This document shows, piece by piece, positions 1 through 12,082 of a DNA stretch of 64,000 bases. The position numbers and the translations under genes were made by a program. This stretch comes from an uncultured Anaerolineae bacterium (GTDB lineage: Bacteria; Chloroflexota; Anaerolineae; VGOG01). Location of the stretch: assembly GCA_964510205.1 (NCBI GenBank), contig CAZEBW010000001.1, forward strand, positions 86,226-150,225, read 5' to 3'. The notes under the pieces are model-generated. The model was not told the DNA's origin. It saw nothing but the letters and a program-made list of their open reading frames with translations, and ran no database searches. Position 1 is the first letter of the stretch. The number at the start of each line of letters is the position of its first letter.

Positions 1-332
1 CCGATGATAACCAGCACCTCGTCCTCCACGATCAGCTTCGTCGCTGCGGCGGCGGCGGACTCGCCTTTGGATTCGTTGTCCTCGTGAAGCACTTCGACCT
101 CGTATTTCGTCGCGCCAACCTCCAGGCCACCTGCTGCTTCAATGTCCTCCAGCCACATCTCCAGGGAATACTTAGCCCCCTCCCCTACCTTGGGGATGTC
201 GCCGGTGAGGGGAGCCACGTTGCCGATTTTGATCACCCCTCCATAGGCGGCCTTAGGCGCCTGCTGGCACGCCGACAAGATGGTGACCAGCAAGGTCAGC
301 ACCAAAATTGGAACTACGATCTTCTTAAACAT
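1..332 (-). CDS. ABC transporter substrate-binding lipoprotein, Leu/Ile/Val (LivJ-like) type; N-terminal part only, gene runs off the window
   Basis: Manual minus-strand translation from ATG 332..330 gives MFKKIVVPILVLTLLVTILSACQQ (lipobox) then GVIKIGNVAPLTGD...ESKGESAAAAATKLIVEDEVLVIIG. GGAGGA RBS (complement of 338..343). Absent from the ORF track because it is truncated. Confidence 0.7.
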   Translation of the reverse strand, partial: MFKKIVVPILVLTLLVTILSACQQAPKAAYGGVIKIGNVAPLTGDIPKVGEGAKYSLEMWLEDIEAAGGLEVGATKYEVEVLHEDNESKGESAAAAATKLIVEDEVLVII

Positions 333-720
333 TTGTCTCCTCCTAACGGCCTGTTCTAGCCCTCTATGTTACTTACGGCTGCGGTCAGGAGACCTTGCCG
401 AACTTTCGAGGGCATGTTTTAGCCCAGGAACAATCCCCAGGCCTGTACAAAGGAAACGGAAAAGAGGGGGGACAGCCCCATGCTCCCTCGACTACAACCA
501 CCGTTGACGTCCACTATCACCTCCTTGTCTTCTATTCAGTTTGGTCGAGCAGGTGGGATACTTTGGGTTCAACGACTGAAGAACACGGAGAACCGTCGGC
601 CGTGATGAGAATCGCCTACCAAGCAGAGAAATTAGCGAGGAATTCAGCATCGTCCTTGATCGCCTAAAATCGTTGATGAAGGGGATGTGAGGAACAGTAC
701 AAGTCTGTTCTTGAGTAAAT

Positions 721-749
721 ATTATAGTGCCAAAGCATCGTCTTGTCAA
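721..749 (-). promoter_or_regulatory. consensus sigma-70 type promoter (TTGACA-17 nt-TATAAT) upstream of the binding-protein gene
   Basis: The complement of 744..749 is TTGACA and the complement of 721..726 is TATAAT, with an exactly 17-nt spacer. It would give a ~380-nt leader before ATG 332. Confidence 0.55.
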
Positions 750-788
750 AAACTCAGTGAAGCAACAGTTGGCTCACCGATGAAAAAC

Positions 789-2471
789 TCATGGCTCGCT
801 CAACATCGGGATTCGCACGCCGTGCTGCTTGGCGAACTCAACGGCTTCTGGATACCCCGCGTCGGCGTGGCGCATGATGGCCGTGCCCGGATCGTAGGTC
901 AGCACCCGCTCCAGTCGCGCTGCCGCCTGGGGCGTGCCGTCGGCCACGATGACTTGCCCGGCGTGCTGGGAGTAGCCGATGCCCACCCCGCCGCCGTGAT
1001 GGAAGCTGACCCAGGTCGCGCCACCCACGGCATTGAGGGCGAAGTTGAGGAGGGGCCAGTCGGAGATGGCGTCGGAACCATCGCGCATGCCTTCGGTCTC
1101 GCGGTTGGGCGAGGCCACGCTGCCGCCGTCCAGGTGGTCGCGGCCGATGACGATGGGGGCCTTGATCTCGCCGCTGGCCACCGCCTGGTTGAAGGCCAGG
1201 CCCGCCTTCGCCCGCTCGCCGTAGCCCAGCCAGCAGATGCGGGCCGGCAACCCCTGCCAGGCGACCTCTTCGGCGGCCAACCGAATCCAGCGATTCAGAT
1301 GCTCATCCTGCGGGAAAAGCTCCAAGATGATGCGGTCGGTGACGTAGATGTCTTGCGGATCGCCCGACAGCGCCACCCAGCGGAAAGGCCCCTTCCCCTC
1401 GCAGAAGAGGGGGCGGATGTAGGCGGGCACGAAGCCGGGATAGGCCCACTCGCCGTGGGGATCGCCGCCGACCTTGGCCTCCCTGCAGCCGGCGTTGAAG
1501 GCCTGCTGGCGCAAGTTGTTGCCGTAGTCGAAGACCACCGCGCCCTGCTTCTGGAATTCCAGCATCGCCTCCACGTGGGCGGCCATGGACTCCAGGGAGC
1601 GCCGCGCGTACCCCTCGGCGTCCTTCTGGCGCAGCTCCTCCGCCTCCTCCAGGCTGATGCCACGCGGGACGTACATCAGCGGGTCGTGGGCCGGCGTCTG
1701 GTCGGTGACCACGTCGGGCGTCACGCCGCGCACCACCAGCTCCGGCAAGACGTCGGCGGCGTTGGCGATGAGGCCGATGGACTTGGGCTGCTCCCGTTCC
1801 AGCGACTCCTCGACCAGGGTCATGGCCTCCTCCAGCGTGTCCACCACCACGTCCAGATAGCGCGTATCGAGCCGCCGCTGCGCCCGTCGGGGGTCAATCT
1901 CCACGATGAGTCCCACCCCCTCGTTCATGGTGATGGCCAGCGGCTGCGCGCCGCCCATCTCGCCCAGCCCAGCGGTGAGGACGAACTTACCCTTGAGACT
2001 GGGCCAGCCCTGGGCGTGAGCCAGCGCTCCCAGCGTCTCATAGGTGCCCTGCAGGATGCCCTGGGTGCCGATGTAAATCCAGGAGCCGGCCGTCATCTGG
2101 CCGTACATGATGAGGCCCTCTTTCTCCCAGCGGTCGAAATTCTCCTGCGTGGCCCAGGCGGGGACGATGTTGGAGTTGGCCAAGATGACCCTCGGCGCGT
2201 CGGGGGTTGTCTTGAAGATGCCCACCGGCTTGCCCGATTGCACCAGCAGCGTATCGTCTGGCTGCATGGTCTCCAGGGAGCGCAGGATGGCGTCAAAGCA
2301 GTCCCAGTTGCGAGCCGCTCTGCCCCGCCCGCCGTAAACGATAAGGTTTTCGGGATCGCCGGCCACCTCCGGGTCTAGGTTATTCTGCAACATGCGATAG
2401 GGCGCTTCCAAAAGCCAGCTTCGGCAGTTCAGTTTGGTGCCCCGAGGGGCATGGATTTCACGCGTCATCAC
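789..2471 (-). CDS. hutU: urocanate hydratase
   Basis: 560-aa ORF. N-terminus [34 protein letters not shown] and [23 protein letters not shown] are typical HutU signatures over the full length. Confidence 0.95.
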   Translation of the reverse strand: MMTREIHAPRGTKLNCRSWLLEAPYRMLQNNLDPEVAGDPENLIVYGGRGRAARNWDCFDAILRSLETMQPDDTLLVQSGKPVGIFKTTPDAPRVILANSNIVPAWATQENFDRWEKEGLIMYGQMTAGSWIYIGTQGILQGTYETLGALAHAQGWPSLKGKFVLTAGLGEMGGAQPLAITMNEGVGLIVEIDPRRAQRRLDTRYLDVVVDTLEEAMTLVEESLEREQPKSIGLIANAADVLPELVVRGVTPDVVTDQTPAHDPLMYVPRGISLEEAEELRQKDAEGYARRSLESMAAHVEAMLEFQKQGAVVFDYGNNLRQQAFNAGCREAKVGGDPHGEWAYPGFVPAYIRPLFCEGKGPFRWVALSGDPQDIYVTDRIILELFPQDEHLNRWIRLAAEEVAWQGLPARICWLGYGERAKAGLAFNQAVASGEIKAPIVIGRDHLDGGSVASPNRETEGMRDGSDAISDWPLLNFALNAVGGATWVSFHHGGGVGIGYSQHAGQVIVADGTPQAAARLERVLTYDPGTAIMRHADAGYPEAVEFAKQHGVRIPMLSEP

Positions 2472-2632
2472 TCAATCTCCTCTCGCTGTTTCAAGCTCCA
2501 AGCGGACGAGGTTCCGCGTTTTCGCCCTTGGACCGTCGTCCAGTCAGAGCGAATTGGATCCACTGAGTCCGCCAACCTACCGACCTCTACCGCGATTATA
2601 CAACGGCTTCCTCGCAATGTCAACAAAATACG

Positions 2633-3478
2633 CTAAAACACGCAGCACTCCCGGCCCTGCACGATGCTCAGACCTAACTCCGTGGCCAGTTGCACAGCTT
2701 GGCGGGCGGGACTCACGATTTTGTTGACGCCAGCCCGCACGGCCAGGGGATCTAAACTAGCCCGATACTTGCCGTGGGGCCGCATGCAGCCGAGGTGAAT
2801 GGGTTTGTCGGGGAAGCGCAGCCGGGCCTCGGCCAGAATGTTGACCACAGCCTCAATGGGCGGCGGCGGGCGGTCGGCGTAGCGGGTGCCGCTGGTGGGC
2901 GTGAAAACGATAAGCACCAGGCCATCTACCCCCAGCTCCCGGAGCTTTTCCATGGCTGCGCGCTCGTGGCCCAGATCGCCCCCGCGCAAGCCGATGGTGA
3001 TGTGGGGAATCACCGTGGTGTGTCGGCGGAGCATCTGGTAAGTTTCCACGTAGTCGGCAATGGTACGATCGAGACCGTAGACCTCGCGGATGGTCTCATC
3101 GTCGCCCACGAAGTCGAAGGACACCACATCGGTGTAGGAGGCGATGGCGCGGAGGTCTGCCTCCTCAATGAGTCCCACGTGCCAATTCATCTTGCGCCCC
3201 TGGCGGATGGCCTTGATCTGTTCAAGATGCTGCGTCACCGGCACGCGCCCTGAGGCGTCGCAGCCGCCGGAGATGAGGCAACTGCTGGCTCCCCCCATCT
3301 CTGCTCGCCAGACGGGGGTCATGTGCTGAAGGTAATACCCGCCGCAGTGGGCACAGTCCAGCTCGCAGTGATGCCCGGTGAGGCTGATGAGGGCGGTATC
3401 GAATGGATACACGAACTCGATTTCTGGGGAGAAGTGCGCCTGTCTGACTCGCCAGGCCTCTTCTAGACTTTCGTACAT
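2633..3478 (-). CDS. radical SAM protein (BioB/LipA-like fold, function unknown)
   Basis: CELDCAHC = CxxxCxxC cluster motif near the N-terminus. ATG 3478 is preceded by GGAG; the track start at 3496 is a TTG without an RBS. Confidence 0.75.
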   Translation of the reverse strand: MYESLEEAWRVRQAHFSPEIEFVYPFDTALISLTGHHCELDCAHCGGYYLQHMTPVWRAEMGGASSCLISGGCDASGRVPVTQHLEQIKAIRQGRKMNWHVGLIEEADLRAIASYTDVVSFDFVGDDETIREVYGLDRTIADYVETYQMLRRHTTVIPHITIGLRGGDLGHERAAMEKLRELGVDGLVLIVFTPTSGTRYADRPPPPIEAVVNILAEARLRFPDKPIHLGCMRPHGKYRASLDPLAVRAGVNKIVSPARQAVQLATELGLSIVQGRECCVF

Positions 3479-3540
3479 GGTGTCTCCAGCTTCCAATTGT
3501 TGACCCTGCTTTCACCTGGGATTCATGGGGTTCGTACTGA

Positions 3541-5599
<2,059 letters not shown>

Positions 5600-5603
<4 letters not shown>

Positions 5604-6439
5604 CCTTGGCAAGAAAAGTCACGATAGCTCTCTGCCTGATGAGCCTGCTGCTAGCTGCGGGCTGTGGCGGAAATGCGGCGGAGCCTTCGCAGCCGGTGCA
5701 TCTCAAAGTGGTCGGCTCCACCTCCATGCAACCTCTGGTAGAGGAGTTAGCCCAGGCTTACGCCGAACGCCACAAACAGGTAACCATCGCCGTGGAGGGC
5801 CGGGGATCGCTGGTGGGAGTGGAGTTGGCTCGCCAGGGAGAGGTGGACGTCGGAATGACTTCGGGGAAGCAGCCGCAAGACCCGCTGCTCTGGTCAACGC
5901 CCATCGCCCTGGACGGTATCGCCATCGTCGTCCACCCCCAGAATCCAGTCCAGGGGCTGACGCTGCTCCAGCTCAGGGACATCTTCTTCGGCCGGGTCTG
6001 GGATTGGCGGGACGTGGGAGGCAGGGCGGGGGAGATGGTGGCCATCAGCCGCGAGGACGCTTCGGGGACGCGGGCGGTTTTCGAGGAGATGGTGATGAAG
6101 GACAAGCGGGTCACACCGACGGCAGTGGTCATGCCCAGCAGCCGGGCCGTGGTGGAGTACGTGGCCCAGCATCCCGAAGCCATCGGTTACGTTTCGATGG
6201 CCGCTATCGGCTACGTGTCTATGGGCTACCTCTCCCAAGAGGTCAAAGTCCTGGAAATCGAGGGGATGGCGCCGACCCCACAGAGCGTCCGCCAGGGGAG
6301 CTACCACTTACTTCGCCCCCTCTTCTTGGTAACGCGCGGGGAGCCGACGGGCCAAGTCAAGGGCTTCATTGACTTCGCCCTCAGCCCCACGGGGCAGTCT
6401 ATCGTGGGGAGAGAATACGGGCCAGTGCAGGGGAACTAA
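5600..6439 (+). CDS. PstS-family phosphate-binding lipoprotein (orphan, no pstCAB nearby)
   Basis: Signal peptide/lipobox LLLAAGC, then VVGSTSMQPLVEELAQAY...GYVS. Start is TTG 5600 or 5606 (ATG 5639 would truncate the signal peptide). The long N-terminal track extension is not coding. Confidence 0.75.
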
Positions 6440-6480
6440 CCTGCTCGTCATGACCGCAATTGCTGAGTTGAACCATCCCG

Positions 6481-7101
6481 CTACGAGAGGAACGGATTGC
6501 CGCGCCGCTCGCGGCCGATGGTGGTGGCCGGGCCGTGGCCGGGGTAGACCGTTGTCTCATCGGGCAGGGCCAGCAGCCTCTCGAGGGATTCCCTCAGGGC
6601 GCTGCCGTCGCTGCCGGGCAGATCGTAGCGCCCTACGCCCATGTTGAACAGGACATCGCCGTCGAACAGCACGCCCTCTTTTTCACTGTAGAGGCAGACG
6701 CTGCCCGGCGAGTGCCCTGGCGTGTGCAGAACCTGCAGCTCGATCTGGCCCACGGTCAGCACCTGGCCTTCATCCAGAATGACGTCGGCCGGCGGACTGG
6801 CCTTGCCCATCAATCCGAAGAAAAGGGCGCCGCCGCCCTTGGTCAACATAGGCGCGTCGGCGGAGTGGATGACCAGAGGCGCTCCCGTGGCCTCCACCAC
6901 CTCTTTGTTAGCCAACGTGTGGTCGAAATGGCCGTGGGTGTTGATGACGTATTTGATCTCCAGCCCCAACCGTTCCACCTCCGCCAGGATGCGCTTTGCA
7001 TCCCCGCCGGGGTCAATGATGGCCCCCTCTTTCGTATCCTCGCAGCCCACGATGTAGCAGTTGGTCTGGAGCCTTCCCACACTCAGTTTCTTTATGATCA
7101 A
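6481..7101 (-). CDS. MBL-fold metallo-hydrolase (glyoxalase II-like)
   Basis: THGHFDH metal motif and IIKKLSVGRLQTNCYIVG N-terminus. TTG 7101 has a GGGAGGG RBS; the track start 7137 is also a TTG. Confidence 0.85.
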   Translation of the reverse strand: MIIKKLSVGRLQTNCYIVGCEDTKEGAIIDPGGDAKRILAEVERLGLEIKYVINTHGHFDHTLANKEVVEATGAPLVIHSADAPMLTKGGGALFFGLMGKASPPADVILDEGQVLTVGQIELQVLHTPGHSPGSVCLYSEKEGVLFDGDVLFNMGVGRYDLPGSDGSALRESLERLLALPDETTVYPGHGPATTIGRERRGNPFLS

Positions 7102-7269
7102 TCTTCCCTCCCCATTCCGCGCATTTTCGTTTGCCAAGCGTCAGGGGTATTATAGGGTTTCGGTCTCCATTGTCAAACGGGCTACCCAGAGCCAAAAACG
7201 GAGCCGGTGGGAGGGGAGCAATCCTCCTGCCGGCTCCGCTGTTCTGTGATGATCCAAGACGAGAGAGCA

Positions 7270-8070
7270 CTACGGCAGCTCTAGCCTCTCCTTCACCTCG
7301 CTCAGCTTCTCCTCAACGTCCTCGAAGTCTCCCCTCTGACCAGGAGGCAACAAGGCAGCTATCTGGCACATTGCCAGCCGCGAGATATCCACCAACAGGT
7401 CGCCCATCTCGAACTCGCCCAGGTTCTCCACCTGGGGCGGCTCTATCGGTTCGCCGAACCTGACCCCAATCACTTTGGGTCTCCCGTCTTTTTCCGTGGT
7501 CACCATACCTGTCGGCACCAGGGGGATGTTCTTCTTGAGGGAGAACAGCGCCGCTCCGGTCCTCAGATCGCGCTCCGATAGACCGTTGCCCCTGGTATTG
7601 CCCGTGATGGAAAGCCACAAAACGCTCCCGTGACCGTTGAGGTGCGCCAGAACCTTCTTGAGTGTTTTGGTCTCCAAGGTATATTTGCCGGAGGGATCCT
7701 TGTGGGCGGGGAAGATGTTCTGAGCCACTCCCAGAGCTTTGTGCAGCGCATTGGCTCCGGTCACCAGCTCTTCCCTGGCAATGGCTTTCAAGCGGGATTC
7801 TTGCCCAGGCAGAAGGCAGCCGACTTTGATAACCGCCTTCAGCGTCTGCGTCACCGAAGGATAATTGCTCACCAAAATCACCCGCTTACCCTCATCCAAG
7901 CTGGCGGGAATGGGTTCCACCTCAATACCCGCTATCGCCAACCCCGTCATCCTCCGCAGCCACCTGCTGCGCTCCAGCAGCCGCCAGGAACGCAGCGCAG
8001 CATCAATCCTTTGGGGGACTCTCTCGAACACCCTTGACACCTCTTCAGCTAAGCTGGAAACCTCTTCCAC
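7270..8070 (-). CDS. hypothetical protein, acyltransferase (PlsC/LPLAT)-like with degenerate catalytic motifs
   Basis: VILVSNYPSVTQT sits where NHxSxxD is expected, and SITGNTRG where FPEGTR is expected. Confidence 0.45.
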   Translation of the reverse strand: MEEVSSLAEEVSRVFERVPQRIDAALRSWRLLERSRWLRRMTGLAIAGIEVEPIPASLDEGKRVILVSNYPSVTQTLKAVIKVGCLLPGQESRLKAIAREELVTGANALHKALGVAQNIFPAHKDPSGKYTLETKTLKKVLAHLNGHGSVLWLSITGNTRGNGLSERDLRTGAALFSLKKNIPLVPTGMVTTEKDGRPKVIGVRFGEPIEPPQVENLGEFEMGDLLVDISRLAMCQIAALLPPGQRGDFEDVEEKLSEVKERLELP

Positions 8071-8135
8071 GATTCTGACCTCCTAAATAAGATATAGAAA
8101 ACCAAAAAAACAAAAATATTAGCCAAAAAAAGAGA

Positions 8136-8837
8136 CTATATCCCTACAATCTTCATCACCTCCTGGGCGAATTCGGACACCCTTTTCTTGTTCTCCGCGC
8201 TCAGCCTGGCCAGGTGATCCTGGTACCTCTGCGTGTAGGAAACCAACAGCGTAGTGACGCGGCGATTGGCCTTTTCCACCATGGTCAGGCCCAGGTTCAG
8301 GCCCGCCAGGGCGTTAAGCCCCAGTTCGCCGGGGAATCCCAGGGAGCGAAGGTTTTTGAACAATCCCTTGGCCTCCGCCTCCTCCTTGATCTGGTTCAGA
8401 TTGAGGATAGCAGCGGTGATCATTTCAGTGACGTAAAGCATGGGCGACTTGCGCTCTGGGATGCGACTTAGAATCTCGTCCAGGAGGTTCTGGTAATCAG
8501 GCCCCTTGACCTCCCGCAGAGATTGCAGGATATTCCCTCTGGCTTGCTCCCATTCTTCCCTATCCCAACGCTCTCCGCTCGCCTGGGTCATCACCCTGGC
8601 CGCCTCGTCTGTGGGGCGAAAGACGATGCTGGAGCGGCCCGGCCCGCCCCCTTCGGGCAGCACGTACTCCGAGACGACCAGCCCGCGTTCCTCCAGAACA
8701 CGCAGCATGTCGTAAGCCGTCGGCTTGCTCACCCCCAGGCTATCGGCCAGCGCCGCGTAGTGCAAGGGGTGGTTAGACTCGCGGTACAGGTCGAGGAATT
8801 GATCAAGAAAGTCTTTCTGGCGGCCAGTCAGTTTCAT
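8136..8837 (-). CDS. winged-helix (MarR/DtxR-like N-terminus) transcriptional regulator
   Basis: LHYAALADSLGVSKPTAYDMLRVLEERGLV is an HTH segment. The C-terminal domain is unassigned. Confidence 0.55.
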   Translation of the reverse strand: MKLTGRQKDFLDQFLDLYRESNHPLHYAALADSLGVSKPTAYDMLRVLEERGLVVSEYVLPEGGGPGRSSIVFRPTDEAARVMTQASGERWDREEWEQARGNILQSLREVKGPDYQNLLDEILSRIPERKSPMLYVTEMITAAILNLNQIKEEAEAKGLFKNLRSLGFPGELGLNALAGLNLGLTMVEKANRRVTTLLVSYTQRYQDHLARLSAENKKRVSEFAQEVMKIVGI

Positions 8838-8980
8838 AGCAAGTTACGTCCCCCAAGAAGGCAGAAAATCCGAAAGAACCAAATAAACTATAGCATGATC
8901 TCAGATTCTTGTCAAGGCAGCATCTTGCCCAGGGTGCATTTCAGTCGGGTGTGTTTCAGGGGAGTTGGCTGGTACTGTTG

Positions 8981-9023
8981 GTCGGAATGGTATTCCGACG
9001 AATTGACGGATTGCCAATCCGTC
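8981..9023. repeat. two adjacent short hairpins (GTCGGAATggtATTCCGAC, GACGGATTgccAATCCGTC), GACGGAT family
   Basis: Perfect 8-bp stems read directly. Related to the hairpin at 34560..34594. Confidence 0.6.
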
Positions 9024-9092
9024 CTACAACCGCGTCGAAGGGCACGTCTTTGCAAGACCCCCAGCGTAGGGCCATCCATGCGGCGTCCGCTG

Positions 9093-9121
9093 TTGCCAAG
9101 CGAGGCGAAATCTGCTATAAT
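9093..9121 (+). promoter_or_regulatory. candidate promoter TTGCCA-17 nt-TATAAT upstream of the S41 protease gene
   Basis: TTGCCA at 9093..9098 and TATAAT at 9116..9121. Confidence 0.35.
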
Positions 9122-9147
9122 TTAGGACAGTGGCAATTACTCAGCCT

Positions 9148-9174
9148 GCTCGGCTTGGATCGCCAGATCCAAGC
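9148..9174. repeat. GGATCGCCAGATCC-core palindromic element (short copy)
   Basis: gctcggcttggatcgccagatccaagc. Near-identical copy at 39696..39722, and the same core occurs twice inside the nrdD spacer. Confidence 0.7.
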
Positions 9175-9284
9175 TACAGTGCTCAAGAGTGGCACGCACT
9201 TCGGCCTGCCAAACCGCTGGATTTGGCAATCCAACGGGAGCCTGAGCAGTTACGGACAGCGAGAATTAGAGAGGGGTAAAGCAG

Positions 9285-10475
9285 ATGCGGACATTTCTCA
9301 AGGCGTTGGTAACCATTGTGGTCGTGGCGATGATCGCTGGAGCATCCTTCCTGGCAGGCTTTGGAGTGAATCGGCTCATCAATCCCGCCCCGGTCAATCC
9401 CCGTGCCGGCGAATCCGAGCAGTTCGATCTCTTTTGGGAAGCCTGGCAGATCATAGAGCAGGAGTTCTTCGGCGATCTTCCCGATACGAAAGAGGTGATC
9501 TACGGCGCCATCCAAGGTGCATTGAGGTCCCTCGACGATCCGGCAACCATGTTGGTGGAGCCCATGCCCTCGGAAGACCAGACGATTGATCTGCGGGGAG
9601 CCTACGAAGGGATTGGGGCATTGGTGGCGGCAGACGAAACCGAGCAGATCGTCATTGTCTCACCTTTCGATGGCTCTCCCGCCATGGAGGCGGGCGTCAT
9701 GGCTGGGGACGTGGTCCTCAAGGTGGACGATGTGGCGGTCACGGGCATGCCGCTGGGGGAGGCCGTGCGCCTCATCCGCGGGCCCGAGGGCTCAACTGTT
9801 CGCCTCACCATCATGCGGGAAGAGGAGGCCGAGCCTGTGGTCATCGAGGTGACCAGAGGCGAGGTTGAGCTGACCACTGTGGCCGGGCTGATCTTGGGAG
9901 AGGATATCGGCTACGTGCGCATTTCCCTTTTCAGCGAGCGGACCAGCCAGGAGTTGGAGGAAACCTTACAGGAGTTGATGGCGGAAGACCCATCGGGCCT
10001 GATCCTCGACTTGCGCAATAATCCCGGCGGCGTCTTTCCCTCAGCGGCCACCGAGGTGGCCAGCCAGTTCCTGGATGGAGGCATCATCGTCTACGAGCAG
10101 TTCAGCGATGGCCGCGAGCAAGCGTACAGTGCCCAGCGAGGCGGTTTGGCCACCGACGTTCCTCTAGTAGTCTTGGTCAACCAGGGCACGGCCAGCAATT
10201 CAGAGGTCGTGGCGGGAGCTATCCAGGATCAGGATCGCGGAGTGCTCATCGGCGAGCAGACCTTCGGCAAAGGCTCAGTGCAGCGCGTCCACGCGCTGAG
10301 CGACGGGGCCAGCCTGCACGTCACCATGGCCCGGCTGCTGACCCCTGACCGCCACGCCTTCCACGGGGAGGGCCTCACTCCCGACATCGAGGTGCCTTTC
10401 ACCGAAGAAGATTTCTTGCAGGGCATGGACCCCCAGCTCGATCGAGCGATCAAGTATCTTGAGATCGGTCGCTGA
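9285..10475 (+). CDS. S41 family carboxyl-terminal processing peptidase
   Basis: N-terminal TM segment, a PDZ-like region (GDVVLKVDDVAV) and GTASNSEVVAGAIQD...GEQTFGKGSVQ catalytic region. Confidence 0.9.
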   Translation: MRTFLKALVTIVVVAMIAGASFLAGFGVNRLINPAPVNPRAGESEQFDLFWEAWQIIEQEFFGDLPDTKEVIYGAIQGALRSLDDPATMLVEPMPSEDQTIDLRGAYEGIGALVAADETEQIVIVSPFDGSPAMEAGVMAGDVVLKVDDVAVTGMPLGEAVRLIRGPEGSTVRLTIMREEEAEPVVIEVTRGEVELTTVAGLILGEDIGYVRISLFSERTSQELEETLQELMAEDPSGLILDLRNNPGGVFPSAATEVASQFLDGGIIVYEQFSDGREQAYSAQRGGLATDVPLVVLVNQGTASNSEVVAGAIQDQDRGVLIGEQTFGKGSVQRVHALSDGASLHVTMARLLTPDRHAFHGEGLTPDIEVPFTEEDFLQGMDPQLDRAIKYLEIGR

Positions 10476-10580
10476 GAGCGGTATTTATTGAAGGAGACAG
10501 AAGAAATGGCCCAATTGACATTCACTTTCCCCCGGCCAGCAAGATATCGCGCTGAACAACCAAGCAGAGGATATGAAACC

Positions 10581-11417
10581 ATGAAGAAGTGCTTTCGACT
10601 ATCCATCATTTGCATCGTCCTAGCCCTCCCACTGGCCGCCTGTGAGCAACCGACCGTCGTGCCCCCCGACGCTGTCGAGGCATTAGCTACCAGAGCCGTT
10701 GATGGAGACACCATCGAGGTAGAAATCGAGGGGGAGAGCTACAAGGTGCGCTACATAGGCATAGACACCCCGGAGCTGCACCATCCTGAGAAGCCGGTGG
10801 GATATTACGCTCAGGAAGCCTACGAGAAGAACAAGGAGCTGGTGGAGGGGAAAACGGTTTATCTGGAGAAGGACGTCTCGGAGACGGATCGCTACGGACG
10901 CCTGTTGCGCTATGTCTACACAGAAGACGTTTTCGTGAACGCCTACCTGGTGCAGCACGGCTATGCCCAGGCATCAACTTACCCGCCGGACGTCAAATAC
11001 CAGGAGCAGTTCACAGAGTTGCAGCGAGAGGCGAGGGAAGCCGGACGGGGGCTATGGGAGCCTGTCCTGACGCCTGTTTCGGCTGGCGAGGTGGTCATTG
11101 ACGCAGCCTGCTCCCAGTTTGATGCGCCAGGAAACGACCACACCAATCTGAACGAAGAGTACGTCTGCTTCACCAATCAGAGCGATCACTCGGTGGACAT
11201 GACGGGCTGGAGCGTGAACAAGAGGCCCGATATGTGGTACACTTTCCCCGAATTCATCCTGGGTCCAGCAGCCAGCGTCAGATTGCACAGCGGCAAGGAG
11301 ATGGACACGGCCACCGATCTTTACTGGGGCAGCAACGCGGCCCTGTGGCGAAACATCCACGATGCAGTCTACCTCTACGACGCCGACTGGAAGCTGATGG
11401 ACGAGTATTCGTGGTAG
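10581..11417 (+). CDS. secreted thermonuclease (SNase-like) lipoprotein with C-terminal lamin-tail-like domain
   Basis: MKKCFRLSIICIVLALPLAAC lipobox. VDGDTIEV...VRYIGIDTPE...RYGRLLRYVY SNase motifs. C-terminal EEYVCFTNQS...MTGWSV resembles an LTD. Confidence 0.8.
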   Translation: MKKCFRLSIICIVLALPLAACEQPTVVPPDAVEALATRAVDGDTIEVEIEGESYKVRYIGIDTPELHHPEKPVGYYAQEAYEKNKELVEGKTVYLEKDVSETDRYGRLLRYVYTEDVFVNAYLVQHGYAQASTYPPDVKYQEQFTELQREAREAGRGLWEPVLTPVSAGEVVIDAACSQFDAPGNDHTNLNEEYVCFTNQSDHSVDMTGWSVNKRPDMWYTFPEFILGPAASVRLHSGKEMDTATDLYWGSNAALWRNIHDAVYLYDADWKLMDEYSW

Positions 11418-11535
11418 CGCCGGCCGAGTAGGAGCGAGCGGAGGCTACGCATCCGAGCGACGTATCGAGGCCAAGCGGGTCATGCAGAGAGCCGCTCGCT
11501 TGGTTTCGATACGCCTGCGGCTACTCAACCGGCGC
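11417..11535. repeat. nested palindromic element, family 2 (GCGCCGGTTGAGTAGG ... CGTATCGAAACCAAGCG ... inverted)
   Basis: Outer arms gcgccggccgagtagg / ctactcaaccggcgc. Inner arms cgtatcgaggccaagcg / cgcttggtttcgatacg. Second copy at 17270..17397. Confidence 0.8.
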
Positions 11536-11639
11536 TCGCTGGTCCTCTGCCCAAAAGACCCTGGGTGGGTGAAATGAATTGGACAAATTCACCAAGATAG
11601 TGTATACTACTTACCACACAGCGTAACTGTTCATATCGT

Positions 11640-11714
11640 GTCATTGCGAGGCGACGCTTTTCCGCCGAAGCAATCCCCGTGCATTGGAGATTGCTTCGCT
11701 TCGCTCGCAATGAC
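11640..11714. repeat. nested palindromic element, family 1 (GTCATTGCGAGG ... CGAAGCAATCCCC ... GGAGATTGCTTCG ... CTCGCAATGAC)
   Basis: Arms read directly. Other copies at 16051..16136, 57810..57977 and 59510..59597, plus solo arms. Confidence 0.85.
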
Positions 11715-11756
11715 AGCCTGAGTAGTCGCGACACAGCTTGAAAAGGGAGGCAAGAT

Positions 11757-12044
11757 TTGGCTAACATTAGATCGGCTATCAAACGAATCAGGAGTTCGGC
11801 CAGGAAGCGAGAGCGCAACCAGGTGTTTCGGTCGCGAGCTCGCAGCCATGTCAACAAATCCAGAAGGTTCATCGCCGAAGGGAAGATCGAGGAGGCGCAG
11901 AAAGAGGTCCAACTGGCTATCGTCGCCCTAGACAAAGCCGCCTCGAAGGGCATCATCCACAAGAACAAAGCCGCGCGCTCCAAGTCGCGGCTGATGAAGA
12001 GACTTAACCAAGCAGCATCGGTGGCCAACCAGTCTGTACAATAG
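11757..12044 (+). CDS. rpsT: 30S ribosomal protein S20
   Basis: [20 protein letters not shown]...[19 protein letters not shown] start with a GGGAGG RBS. Confidence 0.92.
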   Translation: MANIRSAIKRIRSSARKRERNQVFRSRARSHVNKSRRFIAEGKIEEAQKEVQLAIVALDKAASKGIIHKNKAARSKSRLMKRLNQAASVANQSVQ

Positions 12045-12082
12045 AAAGTCAACGCGGTACAGTCAGCAACAGGAGAGAAAAT

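Noticed and set aside
687-2378. Very long ORFs antisense to or overlapping real genes. Examples: 687..2378(+), 3580..4740(-), 11525..12373(-), 30876..32147(+), 36420..37586(+), 42381..43604(+), 50108..51451(+), 22375..23433(+), 19791..20615(+).
   Set aside because: Their translations are Arg/Ala/Gly/Pro-rich low-complexity strings with no motifs, typical of shadow frames in GC-rich DNA. The opposite strand in each case encodes a full-length, motif-rich housekeeping protein.
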